Origin: Bdellovibrionota bacterium | GTDB taxonomy: Bacteria; Bdellovibrionota_C; UBA2361; JBIKWN01 | DNA length: 64,000 nt | Direction of reading: 5' to 3' | Assembly: GCA_044356295.1 (NCBI GenBank) | Contig: JBIKWN010000001.1 | Coordinates: 107,352-171,351 of the forward strand | Part shown: positions 21,671 to 32,500 of the stretch, piece by piece | Position numbering within the stretch: position 1 is the first letter of the stretch | How the letters are laid out: each line of letters opens with the position of its first letter | The notes under the pieces: model-generated | Told to the model about the DNA's origin: nothing | The model's input: the letters and a program-made list of their open reading frames with translations, nothing else | The model's database searches: none | Program-made: the position numbers and the translations under genes

Positions 21671-21767
21671 CGATCTTTTAGATTAAGAACTTTATCTTCT
21701 TGAGCCTAAAAGCTTTTCGGTATTTTTAAAACGCCCCTCAAACGCCGAAAAAATGGTTTATCCCGTC

Positions 21768-21809
21768 TTAATCCCGACGGAGAGGCGTCATTATACTATG
21801 TTCATTCAT
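21768..21809 (-). CDS. Candidate 13-aa peptide MNEHSIMTPLRRD
   Basis: Shine-Dalgarno AGGGAGGTGA (21817-21826) 7 nt before ATG; minus-strand terminator downstream. Confidence 0.35.
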   Translation of the reverse strand: MNEHSIMTPLRRD

Positions 21810-22091
21810 TGACGAATCACCTCCCTTCTAAAATATGTTTACTAGTCACTTTTTAAATACGTAAGGAGTGGCATACCGATGAAAGCTCCAACATCCCGTC
21901 ATTAAAAAGTTTTGGATGTAACTTTACAGAATTGCAAACATTACAACCTAAGAAAAAACTTCTTTCTTCCTCTGAGTATGTACAAAAAACTCAACCTCTA
22001 TAAGAGGAAAAATAGAGGCTACGTCATAAATGATAATAAATTTGCCCCTGTCGAATTAGAAGCGGATGTATGCTATGTTCTAGATAAGTAT

Positions 22092-22691
22092 ATGGCTCAA
22101 ATTTTAATTATAAATGGATCAATCTCTGGGAATGCTGGAAATACTGCTGAGTTACTAGGGCTTGCAGAGATGCGTCTTTCGGAGCAAGGGCACACTGTTG
22201 ATTATCTTGAACTAGTTCGAGACCCATCTCTCGATAGAATTATTGAGCAAGCCTCCAAAGCAGATGCATTTATTTTTGGAACTGGAACATACTGGGACTC
22301 ATGGGGATCTCCCCTTCAGAAATTCTTTGAAATAACTTCTTCAACAGAAGGAGAAGATTATTGGCTTGGAAAACCAGTTGCTGCAATCGTTACGGCACAT
22401 GCGGTTGGAAGTAAAGGAATACTTTCTAGACTCTTTGGTGTGTTAAATGTATACGGAATGTTAATACCACCACTTGCAGGTTTTGCTTATACCTTTGTTA
22501 ATCATGTTGCGCTTACAAAAAATGTTGCACCTGAAGAGTTAGAAAAAGAGCTTTGGAGTCACCATGACGTTGATATCGTCACTCATAATTTAATAGAGGC
22601 AATCAACGGGACAAATCGTTGGAAAAAATGGCCAAGTGATAACGTACATTATGTTGATAAGTGGTTAAATCTTTTAACAGGTGATGAATGA
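22092..22691 (+). CDS. Flavodoxin-like NAD(P)H-dependent FMN reductase family protein
   Basis: ILIINGS...GNT, ADAFIFGTGTYW, GKPVA; start moved to ATG 22092 where the fold begins. Confidence 0.8.
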   Translation: MAQILIINGSISGNAGNTAELLGLAEMRLSEQGHTVDYLELVRDPSLDRIIEQASKADAFIFGTGTYWDSWGSPLQKFFEITSSTEGEDYWLGKPVAAIVTAHAVGSKGILSRLFGVLNVYGMLIPPLAGFAYTFVNHVALTKNVAPEELEKELWSHHDVDIVTHNLIEAINGTNRWKKWPSDNVHYVDKWLNLLTGDE

Positions 22692-24535
22692 CCTCTCGTT
22701 TTATTGTAAGTGCAGCTTCAATAAAATTAACTCCTCTTGATTTCGAGGGAAATAGAAGAAATATTATTACCGTTATAGAGCAAGAGAGGCGAGCAGGGAC
22801 TTCTCTGATCTGTTTTCCTGAGCTCTGTATTAGTGGTTACGGATGTGAAGATGCTTTTTTCTTTCCTCACGTCATAGATCTTGCTCTACGTTCGCTTGAA
22901 GAAATCATCGAGGCGACACAAGACATTGCTGTGGTAGTCGGCCTTCCACTTATATTTAAAAATACTCTTTATAATTGCGCTGCACTGATACATAACAAGG
23001 AACTCTTAGCGGTTGTTCCCAAGCAACATCTTGCAAATAATGGAATCCATTACGAAACTCGATGGTTTTCTGCATGGACACGTGAAAAGAAAGATTTTAT
23101 TGAGATCAATAATCAAAAAATTCCATTTGGTGATATCGTTGTATCTCTTGAAGATCAAGTCATTGGTTTTGAAATCTGTGAAGATGCCTGGGTCGAAGAC
23201 AGACCGGCTCGAACTCTTAAGGAACGCTCAGTAACAATTATAGTGAATCCATCAGCGAGCCATTTTTCTTTAAGAAAATACCTCATTCGCTTAAACTTAA
23301 TTCGTACTGGCTCAAAAATTTCGAATGCAGTCTATGTTTACGCAAACCAGCTTGGCAACGAAGCAGGAAGAGCGATTTATGATGGCGACGGGCTTATTGC
23401 AGAAAATGGATTGATCGTTTCTGCAACGCGAAGATTTAGTTTTGGACAATTTCAAGTCTGTAGGTACGAATTAAATTCGTTAAAAGATAAAAATTCTAGT
23501 AAAGAAGTTATTTCGTACCAAGCGAGTGAAGAAGAGCAGTTTGAAGAGTTTACCCGTGCTGCAAGTTTAGGACTTTTTGATTATTTAAAGAAATCAGGAT
23601 CGAAAAACTTTGTGCTTTCCTTGAGCGGTGGAGCTGATTCTACCTCAGTTCTTTTATTAGTATCTGCTATGGTCCATTTTGGAATAGGGGAACTTGGGTT
23701 TGAAAACTTTAAAAATAATTTAGATCCAGTATTTTACTCAGCATGTAAAAATGAAAGAGAGCTTTTAGCAAAGCTTCTCATTTGTGTTTATCAAGGCACT
23801 GAACAAAATAGCGAAGTGACCAGCTCTGCTGCAAAACAAGTTGCTACGCAGGTTGGAGCTAGTTTTTTTACTATTTCTGTTGATGATCTTGTTTCTAATT
23901 ATACATCCAAGATTGAATCATTAATTGGAAGAGAATTGAGCTGGGAGAGTGATGATATAGCCCTTCAAAATATTCAATCCAGAGTTCGCTCACCAGGAAT
24001 ATGGTTTCTTGCAAATATTGTTTCTGGTTTATTGTTAACGACAGGGAATCGAAGCGAAGCTTCTGTTGGATATTCTACAATGGATGGAGATTCTAGCGGC
24101 TCTTTGGCCCCAATAGCAGGGGTAAGTAAGTATTATATAAAACAGTGGCTTTTATATATGCAAACAAAAGGTATTCCTTCTTTTGGTCCTTTCCCTTGGC
24201 TTTCTTGTATTACTGAACAATCTCCTACTGCTGAGCTTCGTCCATTATCACAACATCAAACTGATGAAGCAGATCTAATGCCCTATGCAGTACTTAATTG
24301 TTTTGAGCAACAATATTTGCGGGACAAAAAAAATCCTATAGAGATAAAAATAAATGTTTCACGTATATTTCAATCTGAATATTCCGAAGAGCAGATTTCA
24401 CTTTGGTTCGATAAGTTTTTAAGGCTTTGGAAGTCTTCTCAGTGGAAGCGTGAGCGAATTGCTCCTTCATTTCATCTTGATGATTTTAGCGTAGACTCAA
24501 GAACCTGGATGCGTTATCCGATTCTTTCAAAATAG
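22688..24535 (+). CDS. nadE: Glutamine-dependent NAD+ synthetase
   Basis: Nitrilase domain (FPEL.ISGY, YE.RWF, EICED) plus SLSGGADS, QNIQSR.R, TGNRSE, PTAEL. Confidence 0.95.
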   Translation: MTSRFIVSAASIKLTPLDFEGNRRNIITVIEQERRAGTSLICFPELCISGYGCEDAFFFPHVIDLALRSLEEIIEATQDIAVVVGLPLIFKNTLYNCAALIHNKELLAVVPKQHLANNGIHYETRWFSAWTREKKDFIEINNQKIPFGDIVVSLEDQVIGFEICEDAWVEDRPARTLKERSVTIIVNPSASHFSLRKYLIRLNLIRTGSKISNAVYVYANQLGNEAGRAIYDGDGLIAENGLIVSATRRFSFGQFQVCRYELNSLKDKNSSKEVISYQASEEEQFEEFTRAASLGLFDYLKKSGSKNFVLSLSGGADSTSVLLLVSAMVHFGIGELGFENFKNNLDPVFYSACKNERELLAKLLICVYQGTEQNSEVTSSAAKQVATQVGASFFTISVDDLVSNYTSKIESLIGRELSWESDDIALQNIQSRVRSPGIWFLANIVSGLLLTTGNRSEASVGYSTMDGDSSGSLAPIAGVSKYYIKQWLLYMQTKGIPSFGPFPWLSCITEQSPTAELRPLSQHQTDEADLMPYAVLNCFEQQYLRDKKNPIEIKINVSRIFQSEYSEEQISLWFDKFLRLWKSSQWKRERIAPSFHLDDFSVDSRTWMRYPILSK

Positions 24536-24540
24536 TTTTC

Positions 24541-25554
24541 TTATTCATCAACTATCTTTTTACCCTCTTCTCTGGCAGTAAGAGGATTTGTAAAACCTCT
24601 ATTGATATGTTCAACGGCTTCTTCAGAACTAAATCCTTGATTTGACCATTCTCTCGCTGTTGGAGGTTGGAATCCAAATCGAATCCAAGGAGCAGCCTCT
24701 GCCGACTCAAACATTAAACATTTCCAAAACCAAGCAGATCGAGGAACTGTAATTCCAACTTGCATCCACTCAACAAAATCACGAGCAGTCATGGTGAATG
24801 CATGCCAATAACCAGCAGTAAGTGCATTGATATTGATAACTCGCCATTCTTGGGCTTCTTCTTGTGGAATATCAGTCATTTCAAAATCAAAAGGACCCAC
24901 ATAAGTTGCACTAAATCTATTGAAGTCATGAACTGAAGTTCTAAATACTCCAGGAAGGAAAAGGCCTTCTTCGAAAAGACTTCTATAAAAAATTGGTGGA
25001 ACATCACCTTCACCAGTATACATATCAAAGAAGAGGTGAGCTGCTTCTATGTTTTTTTCAGCTTGGGGCAACAGTGCACTGTAGCTTGATTCAAGATCAA
25101 CTAAAGTATAATGCTTAGCATATTCAATGAAGCCTTTGATATAGTGCTCATGAGTATATGCATAACGACAGTAGGCACCGATAAGTAATCTTGACTGTTC
25201 TTGGTCTTCAACGAGATTTGGCTCAATAAGAATTTTTTCAACTTGATGTGCGAACGATAGGAGCTCTTTTTTTGCATATTTCAAAAGAAGTAACACTTCT
25301 TTTGAATCTTGAGTTTGCGGAGATTTCCAAATACGAGAAAAGATTGGTATCCCTTCATAGAGATTTTTAAGTAGTTTATCAATATAAGAGATATTACTTT
25401 GGCACTCAGCAATTTGATCTGGATTTAAGTTATGAAATCCTAACTGTGAAAGCAGATTTAAAGAGGCAAATTGACCCTGAAAATTAGCGTGAAGATAGCT
25501 TAAAATATTTTGACTTAGTTCGAGGTCTTGTCCAAGGTTTTCATCCATATGCAA
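24541..25554 (-). CDS. Hypothetical protein with C-terminal Trp-containing ~13-aa repeats
   Basis: 337-aa ORF; repeated A..W...GF pattern in the last ~110 aa. Confidence 0.7.
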   Translation of the reverse strand: MHMDENLGQDLELSQNILSYLHANFQGQFASLNLLSQLGFHNLNPDQIAECQSNISYIDKLLKNLYEGIPIFSRIWKSPQTQDSKEVLLLLKYAKKELLSFAHQVEKILIEPNLVEDQEQSRLLIGAYCRYAYTHEHYIKGFIEYAKHYTLVDLESSYSALLPQAEKNIEAAHLFFDMYTGEGDVPPIFYRSLFEEGLFLPGVFRTSVHDFNRFSATYVGPFDFEMTDIPQEEAQEWRVININALTAGYWHAFTMTARDFVEWMQVGITVPRSAWFWKCLMFESAEAAPWIRFGFQPPTAREWSNQGFSSEEAVEHINRGFTNPLTAREEGKKIVDE

Positions 25555-25598
25555 TCAATCGACTATAGCGTATCGACTGCTTCAAGAGAATATAGAGA

Positions 25599-26624
25599 CT
25601 AGCTCTTAGAGGAGGCTTTTTTATGCCTTTTCTTTGGGAAAATCACAGAAAAAAGCATCGAGCCCGAGATAACGCCCGCAATAAATATCAAAGAGTATAC
25701 TATCGGAAAATGACCATCAAAAAGGTCATTGAGCCATACCATTTTCAAGCCAATGAAAATAAGCACGATTCCCAAACCATATTTAAGTAGGTAGAAAAGA
25801 TCGACAGAACCTGCCAGCAGAAAATACAGAGATCGCAGTCCAAGAAGTGCCATCATATTTGAAGAAAAAACAATAAAGGGCTCTTTGGTAATCGCAAAAA
25901 TTGCAGGGACTGAATCAACAGCAAAAATAATATCTGAAAATTCAATCATCAAAAGAGCAACAAAGAGGGGAGTTGCAGACCATGTTTGATTCTTTTTGCT
26001 AAAAAATTTAAAGGAAGAAGTCTGATAACTTATTGGAAGGATTTTGTTTAGAATTCTTAAAATAATATTTTTTGAAAGATCAGTTTCCTTTTCGGGCGCA
26101 AAGCAAAGTTTAAATCCTGTAAAAATGAGGAACACTCCAAAAACGGTAAGAACCCAGTGGTATTGAAGAAGTATGCTCCCAAGGCTTATGAATAGACCTC
26201 TGAAGAGGATGGCTCCTATAATTCCAAAGAAAAGGATTCTATGTTGAAAAGCGCTAGGAATTGCAAAGTAATTAAATATCACTACAAATACGAAAATATT
26301 ATCAACAGCAAGTGATTTTTCAACGAGATATCCAGTTAAGAATTCAAGAGCAAGTTGTTGACTGAAAATTTCAGGGGTTTTTCCAGAACCAGAAATAAGT
26401 TCAGGATGGGCGCTAAATTTTAAAAGACAGTACTCATAGAACCAGTAATTAAACGAAAGTGCTAATAGGATCCAAATCAAACTCCATGCAGTGGCTTCTT
26501 TCATTGAAACAGCGTGAGGTTTTTTATGAAATAATCCCAAATCAAGAGTAATGATTACGAGGAGGAAGCAGATAAATCCTAGATAAAGCTGCCAATATTC
26601 ATGAAAAGGAAATGCTTGAAACAT
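25599..26624 (-). CDS. TerC/Alx-family membrane protein
   Basis: FLTGYLVEKSLAVDN, QHRILFFGI.GA, E.SD..FAVDSVPA, LGLRSLYF. Confidence 0.93.
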   Translation of the reverse strand: MFQAFPFHEYWQLYLGFICFLLVIITLDLGLFHKKPHAVSMKEATAWSLIWILLALSFNYWFYEYCLLKFSAHPELISGSGKTPEIFSQQLALEFLTGYLVEKSLAVDNIFVFVVIFNYFAIPSAFQHRILFFGIIGAILFRGLFISLGSILLQYHWVLTVFGVFLIFTGFKLCFAPEKETDLSKNIILRILNKILPISYQTSSFKFFSKKNQTWSATPLFVALLMIEFSDIIFAVDSVPAIFAITKEPFIVFSSNMMALLGLRSLYFLLAGSVDLFYLLKYGLGIVLIFIGLKMVWLNDLFDGHFPIVYSLIFIAGVISGSMLFSVIFPKKRHKKASSKS

Positions 26625-26707
26625 ATGAATTAAATTGCTGAATTATTGTGATTTTTAATATAGTAAAAATAGATTAAATACAAGGTTATATATATAATAA
26701 TCTATAT

Positions 26708-27607
26708 ATGGAATGGCTCAACTATCATCATCTTTTATATTTTTGGACTGTTGCTAAAAAAGGGAGTGTCGTTGCCGCATGTGATGAACTCAAGCTTAGG
26801 CAGCCCACTATAAGCGCACAGATACAATCCCTTGAAGAGAGTATAGGCGAGAAGCTCTTCGAACGTACAGGGAGAAAACTTGTTCTGACTGAGACTGGAA
26901 AAACAGTCTTTAAATACGCCGAACAGATCTTCTCTTTAGGGAGGGAGTTAACTGATGTCATGAAGGGTCGTCCAGTCGATCATGTGCATCAACTTGTTGT
27001 TGGTATCAATGAAGTAATTCCAAAATCAATAGCATATCGGTTTTTAAAAATTGCATTAAACTTAAAAGAGAAAGTTCATCTTATCTGTAAGGAAGATACT
27101 GCTGATAGGCTCTTTGCAGATCTTGCTATTCATAATGTTGATATGGTTATTAGTGATGAGCCACTAACAAGCGCTGCTTCTGTAAAGGGATACAGTCATC
27201 TTCTTGGTGAGTGCGGAGTTAGTTTTGTAGGAGTAAAAGAGCTAGCTTCAAAGTATCGAAAAAATTTCCCATTGAGTATTCATGAAGCTCCAATACTTTT
27301 ACCTTTAGAAAACTCATCACTTCGAGGGCAGGTTATCTCTTTCCTTCATGGACAAGATATTCACCCAAAAATTATTGCAGAGTTTACAGATAGTGCGCTC
27401 TTGAAATTATTTGGCTCTGAAGGTCATGGTATTTTTGTTGTTCCAACAGCTATTGAAGAAGAAGTAATTGCCCAACATAACCTTGAGGTTATAGGGCGAG
27501 TAACTTCTATTAAAGAGAGATTTTATCTTATTACCGCGTCTCGTAAGATTAAGAATCCAGTTGTCCAAGCTATTACTGATGTAGCTAAGGATATACTCAA
27601 GGATTAA
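26708..27607 (+). CDS. nhaR: LysR-family activator NhaR
   Basis: N-terminus MEWLNYHHLLYFW, QPTISAQI..LE, typical LysR length. Confidence 0.88.
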   Translation: MEWLNYHHLLYFWTVAKKGSVVAACDELKLRQPTISAQIQSLEESIGEKLFERTGRKLVLTETGKTVFKYAEQIFSLGRELTDVMKGRPVDHVHQLVVGINEVIPKSIAYRFLKIALNLKEKVHLICKEDTADRLFADLAIHNVDMVISDEPLTSAASVKGYSHLLGECGVSFVGVKELASKYRKNFPLSIHEAPILLPLENSSLRGQVISFLHGQDIHPKIIAEFTDSALLKLFGSEGHGIFVVPTAIEEEVIAQHNLEVIGRVTSIKERFYLITASRKIKNPVVQAITDVAKDILKD

Positions 27608-28353
27608 AAAGGATCGAGTGTTATAAGATCCGCACCCTCTACTTTGACCCCATCTGGAGTGGCAGCGAGCGCTGCAATTTCTGCAGACCATTCCTCTATA
27701 ATTTTTCGTTGGTGTGCATATGCTTCAAAATCTTTTATTGAAAAAGCGCTGGTTTTGTCTGATTGCCTATCTTTAAATTCAACATAAATTTCTCCTGTTC
27801 GTGCATCCCGTAGTATTGCTTCAAAGGCGATACTTCCTGTTGAAAAAGGTTTAGTGATCCCCGAACCAGGTAAGAAAAATCCAGCAACAGTAGATAAAAC
27901 ATTGAGAGTAGCTTTTGTAGGCTCTAATTCTACTAAAGCGAGTTCAAGCTTTAGTGTTGGCATTTTATCGTCAGTAAGATTTTCAGCGACCATCATAGGA
28001 TGATTTGGGTAGTTCTTGAATGAACTTTTGAGAAGCCCTTGAAAATATCTTGCAGTTTCATTGAGTTCTTCAAGACGATCTTCACGAAATAGTTCTAATG
28101 ATTTATCTTCAAAAATTCTCTTTTCAACGTAATCAGTTTTTACAGGTAGAATAATTATTTTTGTGAATGTAGGTTTTAAATCGTAAAATCTTTTCCTGTC
28201 AGGAAAATAATTTCCATTAAAAGGGGATCTCTCTTTTTCTTCAACAAGCAATTCACCATGAGGAAGAAAACCCGAATTTTTAGCAGGACTCGCTCGAAGC
28301 ACTGCGCACCCTAAGAAAAGAACAGATAAGGAGAGTATGACAAATCGGATCAT
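27604..28353 (-). CDS. DUF3313-like lipoprotein
   Basis: Lipobox-like FLGC, SGFL motif, E..LRD..TGE. Confidence 0.65.
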   Translation of the reverse strand: MIRFVILSLSVLFLGCAVLRASPAKNSGFLPHGELLVEEKERSPFNGNYFPDRKRFYDLKPTFTKIIILPVKTDYVEKRIFEDKSLELFREDRLEELNETARYFQGLLKSSFKNYPNHPMMVAENLTDDKMPTLKLELALVELEPTKATLNVLSTVAGFFLPGSGITKPFSTGSIAFEAILRDARTGEIYVEFKDRQSDKTSAFSIKDFEAYAHQRKIIEEWSAEIAALAATPDGVKVEGADLITLDPF

Positions 28354-28925
28354 TTACTTTCAGCAAGGAGTGATTCAATTTTTTTTATCACTTTCCCGCT
28401 CATAGGGTTAGTAAATGAACCGAAACGTTCGACAAGTTTTCCGTCCTTATTGATAAGGAATTTTTCAAAATTCCAATTGATATCACCTTTTAGATCCGGA
28501 TTTGCTGTATTAGTGAGAAATTTAAAGAAGGGCTGAATGTTTTCACCAGAAACATCATTTTTTTCAAATAATGGAAAAGTAACTCCAAAGCGAACTTTGC
28601 AAAATTCTTTTATCTCTTTATTAGAACCAGGCTCTTGTCCTCCATAGTTATTTGCTGGAAACCCAAGAACAGTAAATCCTTGTTCTCTATACTTATTATA
28701 TAAATTTTCAAGATCCTCGTACTGTGGGGTAAATCCACACTGTGAGGCAGTATTTACTATTAGTAAGACCTTACCTTTGTAGGTTGAAAGATCTATCTGC
28801 TCTCCTTCAATACTTTTAACTTTAAATTCATGGATAGCTGGGAGTGATCCAGTATCAGCAAGAGATCTATGTGGAAAAATTAATGAAACAATTGAAGCGA
28901 GTATAAATGAAAAAATCTTATTCAT
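28350..28925 (-). CDS. Glutathione peroxidase family protein (exported)
   Basis: Signal peptide; VNTASQCGFTPQY, LGFPAN..G.QEPG, WNFEKFL. Confidence 0.93.
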   Translation of the reverse strand: MNKIFSFILASIVSLIFPHRSLADTGSLPAIHEFKVKSIEGEQIDLSTYKGKVLLIVNTASQCGFTPQYEDLENLYNKYREQGFTVLGFPANNYGGQEPGSNKEIKEFCKVRFGVTFPLFEKNDVSGENIQPFFKFLTNTANPDLKGDINWNFEKFLINKDGKLVERFGSFTNPMSGKVIKKIESLLAESK

Positions 28926-29031
28926 GATGGGGTATCTTAAGTGAGTTCTTAAAAAGCAAACACTATTTATATGATTAACAGTTTGAACATTTTGATAAAT
29001 ATCCCATTTCCGGTAATTCTAAAATTATGCC

Positions 29032-29040
29032 TGTGGATAA
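29032..29040 (-). promoter_or_regulatory. DnaA box (TTATCCACA)
   Basis: Perfect TGTGGATAA upstream of nrdA. Confidence 0.7.
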
Positions 29041-29138
29041 CTTCAAAGAAGAAGTAAAAATTGAGATAGGAAAATTTAGTTAATTCAAATAGTTATCAAT
29101 TCTAGAAATTTTTACAATCGAGTAGTGCCGGTAAATCC

Positions 29139-29147
29139 TGTGGATAA
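29139..29147 (-). promoter_or_regulatory. DnaA box (TTATCCACA)
   Basis: Second perfect TGTGGATAA upstream of nrdA. Confidence 0.7.
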
Positions 29148-29264
29148 CCCGGGAAATAGAAAGCTATTTTAAAATATATATGAAGTAATATTGAGCGGTT
29201 AACTTTTAGAGTAAAAATAACTTTAGCTAGGTTAAAGAAAATATATCGACACTTTGCCGGACTA

Positions 29265-29312
29265 CCCATATATATTGTGGTAGTAGTCAGGTTAGAATAC
29301 TAGATGTTGTGG
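29265..29312 (+). promoter_or_regulatory. Tandem NrdR boxes
   Basis: CCCATATATATTGTGG (29265-29280) and ATACTAGATGTTGTGG (29297-29312), 32 bp start-to-start; match acaCwAtATaTwGtg consensus (box 1 deviates at the conserved C); upstream of nrdAB. Confidence 0.85.
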
Positions 29313-29523
29313 TTTTGCTCTTAGGGTTGAATTTAATGTTAAACATCGCTGTCTTAAATATACAATTATTTCAGCAAGTTAACATCGATCTCCCCCAAAT
29401 AACAGTGCACACTCATAAAAGTATAGTAACTTCAGCTAGTTAGCTTGTTGTAAATAAGCCAATTTTGTTGAAAGGCTTCGGTATTTTGTTTTTATAAAAA
29501 GTATTCAAGAGGGAAAAAGCTAG

Positions 29524-32500
29524 ATGGAAGGTAGTCAGCGTCAAGAAGGGTCAGCAGCGGTTGGGGTTAAGAACGGAGTAGTAGCAGGCAAAGCACTATC
29601 ATCTTCAACAAAAGAGATAGATATAAGCAGAGCTGCTCAAAAGGCAGCTGATCATTTCACGGTTGTAAAAAGAAACGGAATGCTTGTTCCCTTTCGTAGA
29701 GACCGTATTTTTACTGCGGTTGAAGCTGCTGTAAGAGCAACAAGAAGTATCATCGAGACGGACAGCCTTCCTCAACAGCTTTATAGTGCAGTTGGTGCAG
29801 TTACTAATGACGTTGTTGTTGAATGTCGAACACAGGCATTAAAAGGTGCAGCACTTACCGTTGAAGGAATTCAAGATATCGTTGAGCAAAAGCTTATGTC
29901 TAATGAGCTTTTTGATGTTGCAAGAAATTATGTCATCTACCGAGAAGAACATAAGACATTACGAGAAGACTCTCCTCGCAATCTAAAAATCACACGTCGT
30001 GATGGAAAGACTGCCGTTCGATTTAATCCGATGAAAATAGCTTCTGCAATTGAGAAAGCATTTAGAGCATCGCTCAATATAGAGGACCAAACTCCTGGTG
30101 AAATCGTTGATGCTGTAAATATTCTTACCAATAAAGTAGTGGTAAGAGCTACTCAACTTTCAAAAAGTGGGGCAACTCTTTCAGTCGAACTCATTCAAGA
30201 TGAAGTTGAAAGAGTGATGATGCAGGAAGGGTATTTTCAAGTTGCAAAAGACTTTATTGTTTACCGAGCTGAAAGAGCACTCTTAAGAGAACAAGAAGAG
30301 CTTCTTGCAAAAGATGCACCAGCAGTTACTAAAAATGTAAAAGCTCCGGTTGATCAAGGAAGAACTTTTAAAGCAGTTGCAAAAGATGGTTCTTCTGTTT
30401 CCGTGGCAGAGTCAGAGCTTCGTGCAAGAATTGAATTTGCGTGTACTGGATTTCCGACTTCATTAATTAATCCTGAAGAGATTTTTCAATCGTCAGTTGG
30501 AAATTTCTATGAAGGAATGAGGCTTGATGAAGTTGATACTTCCAATATTCTTTCTGCTCGTCAAAAGATTGAAAAGGATCCAGCGTATTCACAGGTTGCA
30601 GCACGTCTTCTCTTAGATGTGAGCTATGTTGAAAGTTTTGGGGTTCATGCTCATGCAAGTAATGCAGATGAGGCACAAAGAAAATATTTTAAAGAGTACA
30701 TTTCAAAAGCTGTTGAGCTTGAAAGAATCTCACCAGAGCTAAAGAAGTTTGATCTTGATAAGCTAGCAAATGCCCTTCGTTTTGATAGAGATCTTAAGTT
30801 TACCTACCTAGGTCTTCAGACTCTTTATGACCGCTATTTGATTCATAACCAAGATGTCAGAATGGAGACTCCTCAGATCTTCTGGATGCGTGTTGCAATG
30901 GGACTTTCTATCTTAGAAGGTGATAAGAAAAACGAAAAAGCAATCGAGTTCTATGATGTGCTTTCACAGTTCTTATTTACTTCAAGCACACCAACACTTT
31001 TCAATTCAGGAACGCTTCACTCCCAGATGAGTTCATGTTATCTCTCGACAACATTGGATGACTTAGGACACATTTTTAAAGTTATCTCAGATGATGCACA
31101 GCTTTCAAAGTGGGCAGGTGGTTTAGGAAATGACTGGACAAGTGTTCGTGCAACAGGCGCTTGGATTAAAGGCACCAACGGCAGAAGCCAAGGTGTTATA
31201 CCGTTTCTTAAAGTTGCAAATGATACTGCAGTTGCAGTGAACCAAGGTGGAAAAAGAAAAGGTGCAATGTGTGCTTACTTAGAATCATGGCACCTTGATA
31301 TTGAAGATTTCCTTGAGCTTCGTAAAAACACCGGTGATGAAAGACGACGTACTCATGACATGAATACAGCAAACTGGATTCCTGATTTATTCATGAAGCG
31401 TGTTTCTGAAAATGGTTCTTGGACTCTTTTTAGCCCAAGTAATGTTCCAGAACTTCATGATCTTTACGGAAAAGAGTTCGAGAAAAAATATGAAGAGTAT
31501 GAAGCTAAAGCAGAAGCTGGTGAAATTACTCCATACAAAAAAATTGAAGCAGTTTCGCTATGGAGAAAAATGCTTTCCATGTTGTTCGAAACAGGACATC
31601 CATGGATTACATTTAAAGATCCATCAAATATTCGCTCACCACAAGATCATTGCGGAGTAGTGCATAGTTCAAACCTTTGTACTGAAATTCTTTTGAATAC
31701 TTCAAAAGATGAGACTGCGGTTTGTAACCTAGGCTCTGTCAGTATGACTGAACACCTAGATCCAAAGACTGGTAAGATCAACAAAGCGCTCCTTGAAAAA
31801 ACTGTTCGTACAGCAGTGAGGATGTTGGATAACGTTATTGATATTAACTTCTATCCAACGCAAGAAGCTGAGAACTCAAACTTAAAGCATCGCCCAATTG
31901 GTTTAGGACTTATGGGCTTCCAAGATGCGCTTTACATGAAACGTATTAGTTACGCTTCACAAGAGGCTATTGAGTTTGCTGATGAAAGTATGGAACTTAT
32001 TTCATACTATGCGATCTTAGCATCAACAGAGCTTGCAAAAGAGCGTGGTACGTATAAGAGCTATAAAGGCTCTAAGTGGGACAGAGGGCTGCTTCCAATT
32101 GATACAATTGAAGTGCTTGCAAAAGAGCGTGGTACAGAACATCTTGAAATCGATGCTGCAACACGACTTGATTGGACACCTATTAGAAAGGCAGTCAAAG
32201 AATTTGGTATGAGAAACAGTAACGTTATGGCGATTGCGCCAACGGCAACTATTTCAAACATTACTGGTGTTACTCAGTCGATTGAGCCGATGTATAAGCA
32301 TTTATTTGCAAAATCGAATCTTTCAGGCGAGTTCATTGTTCATAATACGTACCTGGTTGAAGAGTTAAAGAAAATTAATCTTTGGGACTCAGAGATGATA
32401 GATGATCTTAAATACTTCGATGGATCCATTCTTGAAATTGAAAGAATTCCAGATGAATTAAAAGTTATTTATCTGACTGCATTTGAAATCGAGCCTGAGT

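Noticed and set aside
21814..21828. ATCACCTCCCTT resembling the 16S rRNA 3' end
   Set aside because: No other rRNA sequence nearby; better read as a minus-strand Shine-Dalgarno
21912..22091. 60-aa N-terminal extension of the flavodoxin-like ORF
   Set aside because: TTG start with no fold similarity; domain begins at ATG 22092
28926..29523. Possible oriC (AT-rich gap with DnaA boxes)
   Set aside because: Only two perfect boxes, and NrdR boxes identify it as the nrdAB promoter; GC skew could not be computed
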